64,000 nt of DNA from Basidiobolus meristosporus CBS 931.73 (Eukaryota > Fungi > Basidiobolomycota). The stretch's first letter is position 1. Each line of letters begins with the position of its first letter. Both the position numbers and the translations under genes were made by a program. Below, one piece after another: positions 63,794 to 64,000 of the stretch. The stretch lies in assembly GCA_002104905.1 (NCBI GenBank), contig MCFE01000174.1:79068-143067 (forward strand), given 5' to 3'. Below the pieces are notes generated by a model that had not been told where the DNA came from, made no database searches, and saw only the letters and a program-made list of their open reading frames with translations.

Positions 63794-64000
63794 TTAGGGT
63801 TAGGGTTAGGGTTAGGGTTAGGGTTAGGGTTAGGGTTAGGGTTAGGGTTAGGGTTAGGGTTAGGGTTAGGGTTAGGGTTAGGGTTAGGGTTAGGGTTAGG
63901 GTTAGGGTTAGGGTTAGGGTTAGGGTTAGGGTTAGGGTTAGGGTTAGGGTTAGGGTTAGGGTTAGGGTTAGGGTTAGGGTTAGGGTTAGGGTTAGGTTAG
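63794..64000 (+). repeat. Telomere (TTAGGG)n, about 34 repeats
   Basis: Near-perfect tandem TTAGGG to the window end, with the G-rich strand running 5' to 3' towards the terminus. Confidence 0.99.

Overview
Right-hand terminal 64 kb of a eukaryotic chromosome, ending in about 34 (TTAGGG) repeats with the G-strand on +. The short GT-AG introns and gene content suggest an early-diverging fungus (inference). Layout: (1) 1-24.5 kb, CpG-depleted block of decayed Ty1/copia and Ty3/gypsy elements, solo LTRs with 5-bp TSDs and a possible DNA-transposon remnant; (2) 24.6-49.5 kb, gene island with a 1034-aa secreted Gly-rich silk-like protein, an alpha-arrestin, a HIRIP3/CHZ-like protein, CDC27, METTL14, RSPRY1 and a hypothetical gene; (3) 49.5-54.4 kb, second solo-LTR cluster; (4) 56-60.3 kb, apparently intact full-length ABCB/MDR pump; (5) 61.25-63.8 kb, head-to-tail array of five retro-inserts joined by telomeric-repeat remnants or TAG+G-run junctions. 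Four inserts are 5'-truncated non-LTR (LINE-like) RT fragments of 2-3 divergent subfamilies whose ORF ends with no C-terminal endonuclease or zinc knuckle. The fifth and terminal insert is a non-coding, tRNA-headed SINE-like unit with Pol III A and B boxes and an embedded CCCTAACCCT. All five share a covarying double-hairpin 3' tail fused to TAG/TTAGGG. This candidate telomere-primed LINE/SINE system is the main discovery. A second theme is that several LTR families have inserted into copies of their own family. All coordinates and alignments were read by eye; no database searches were run.
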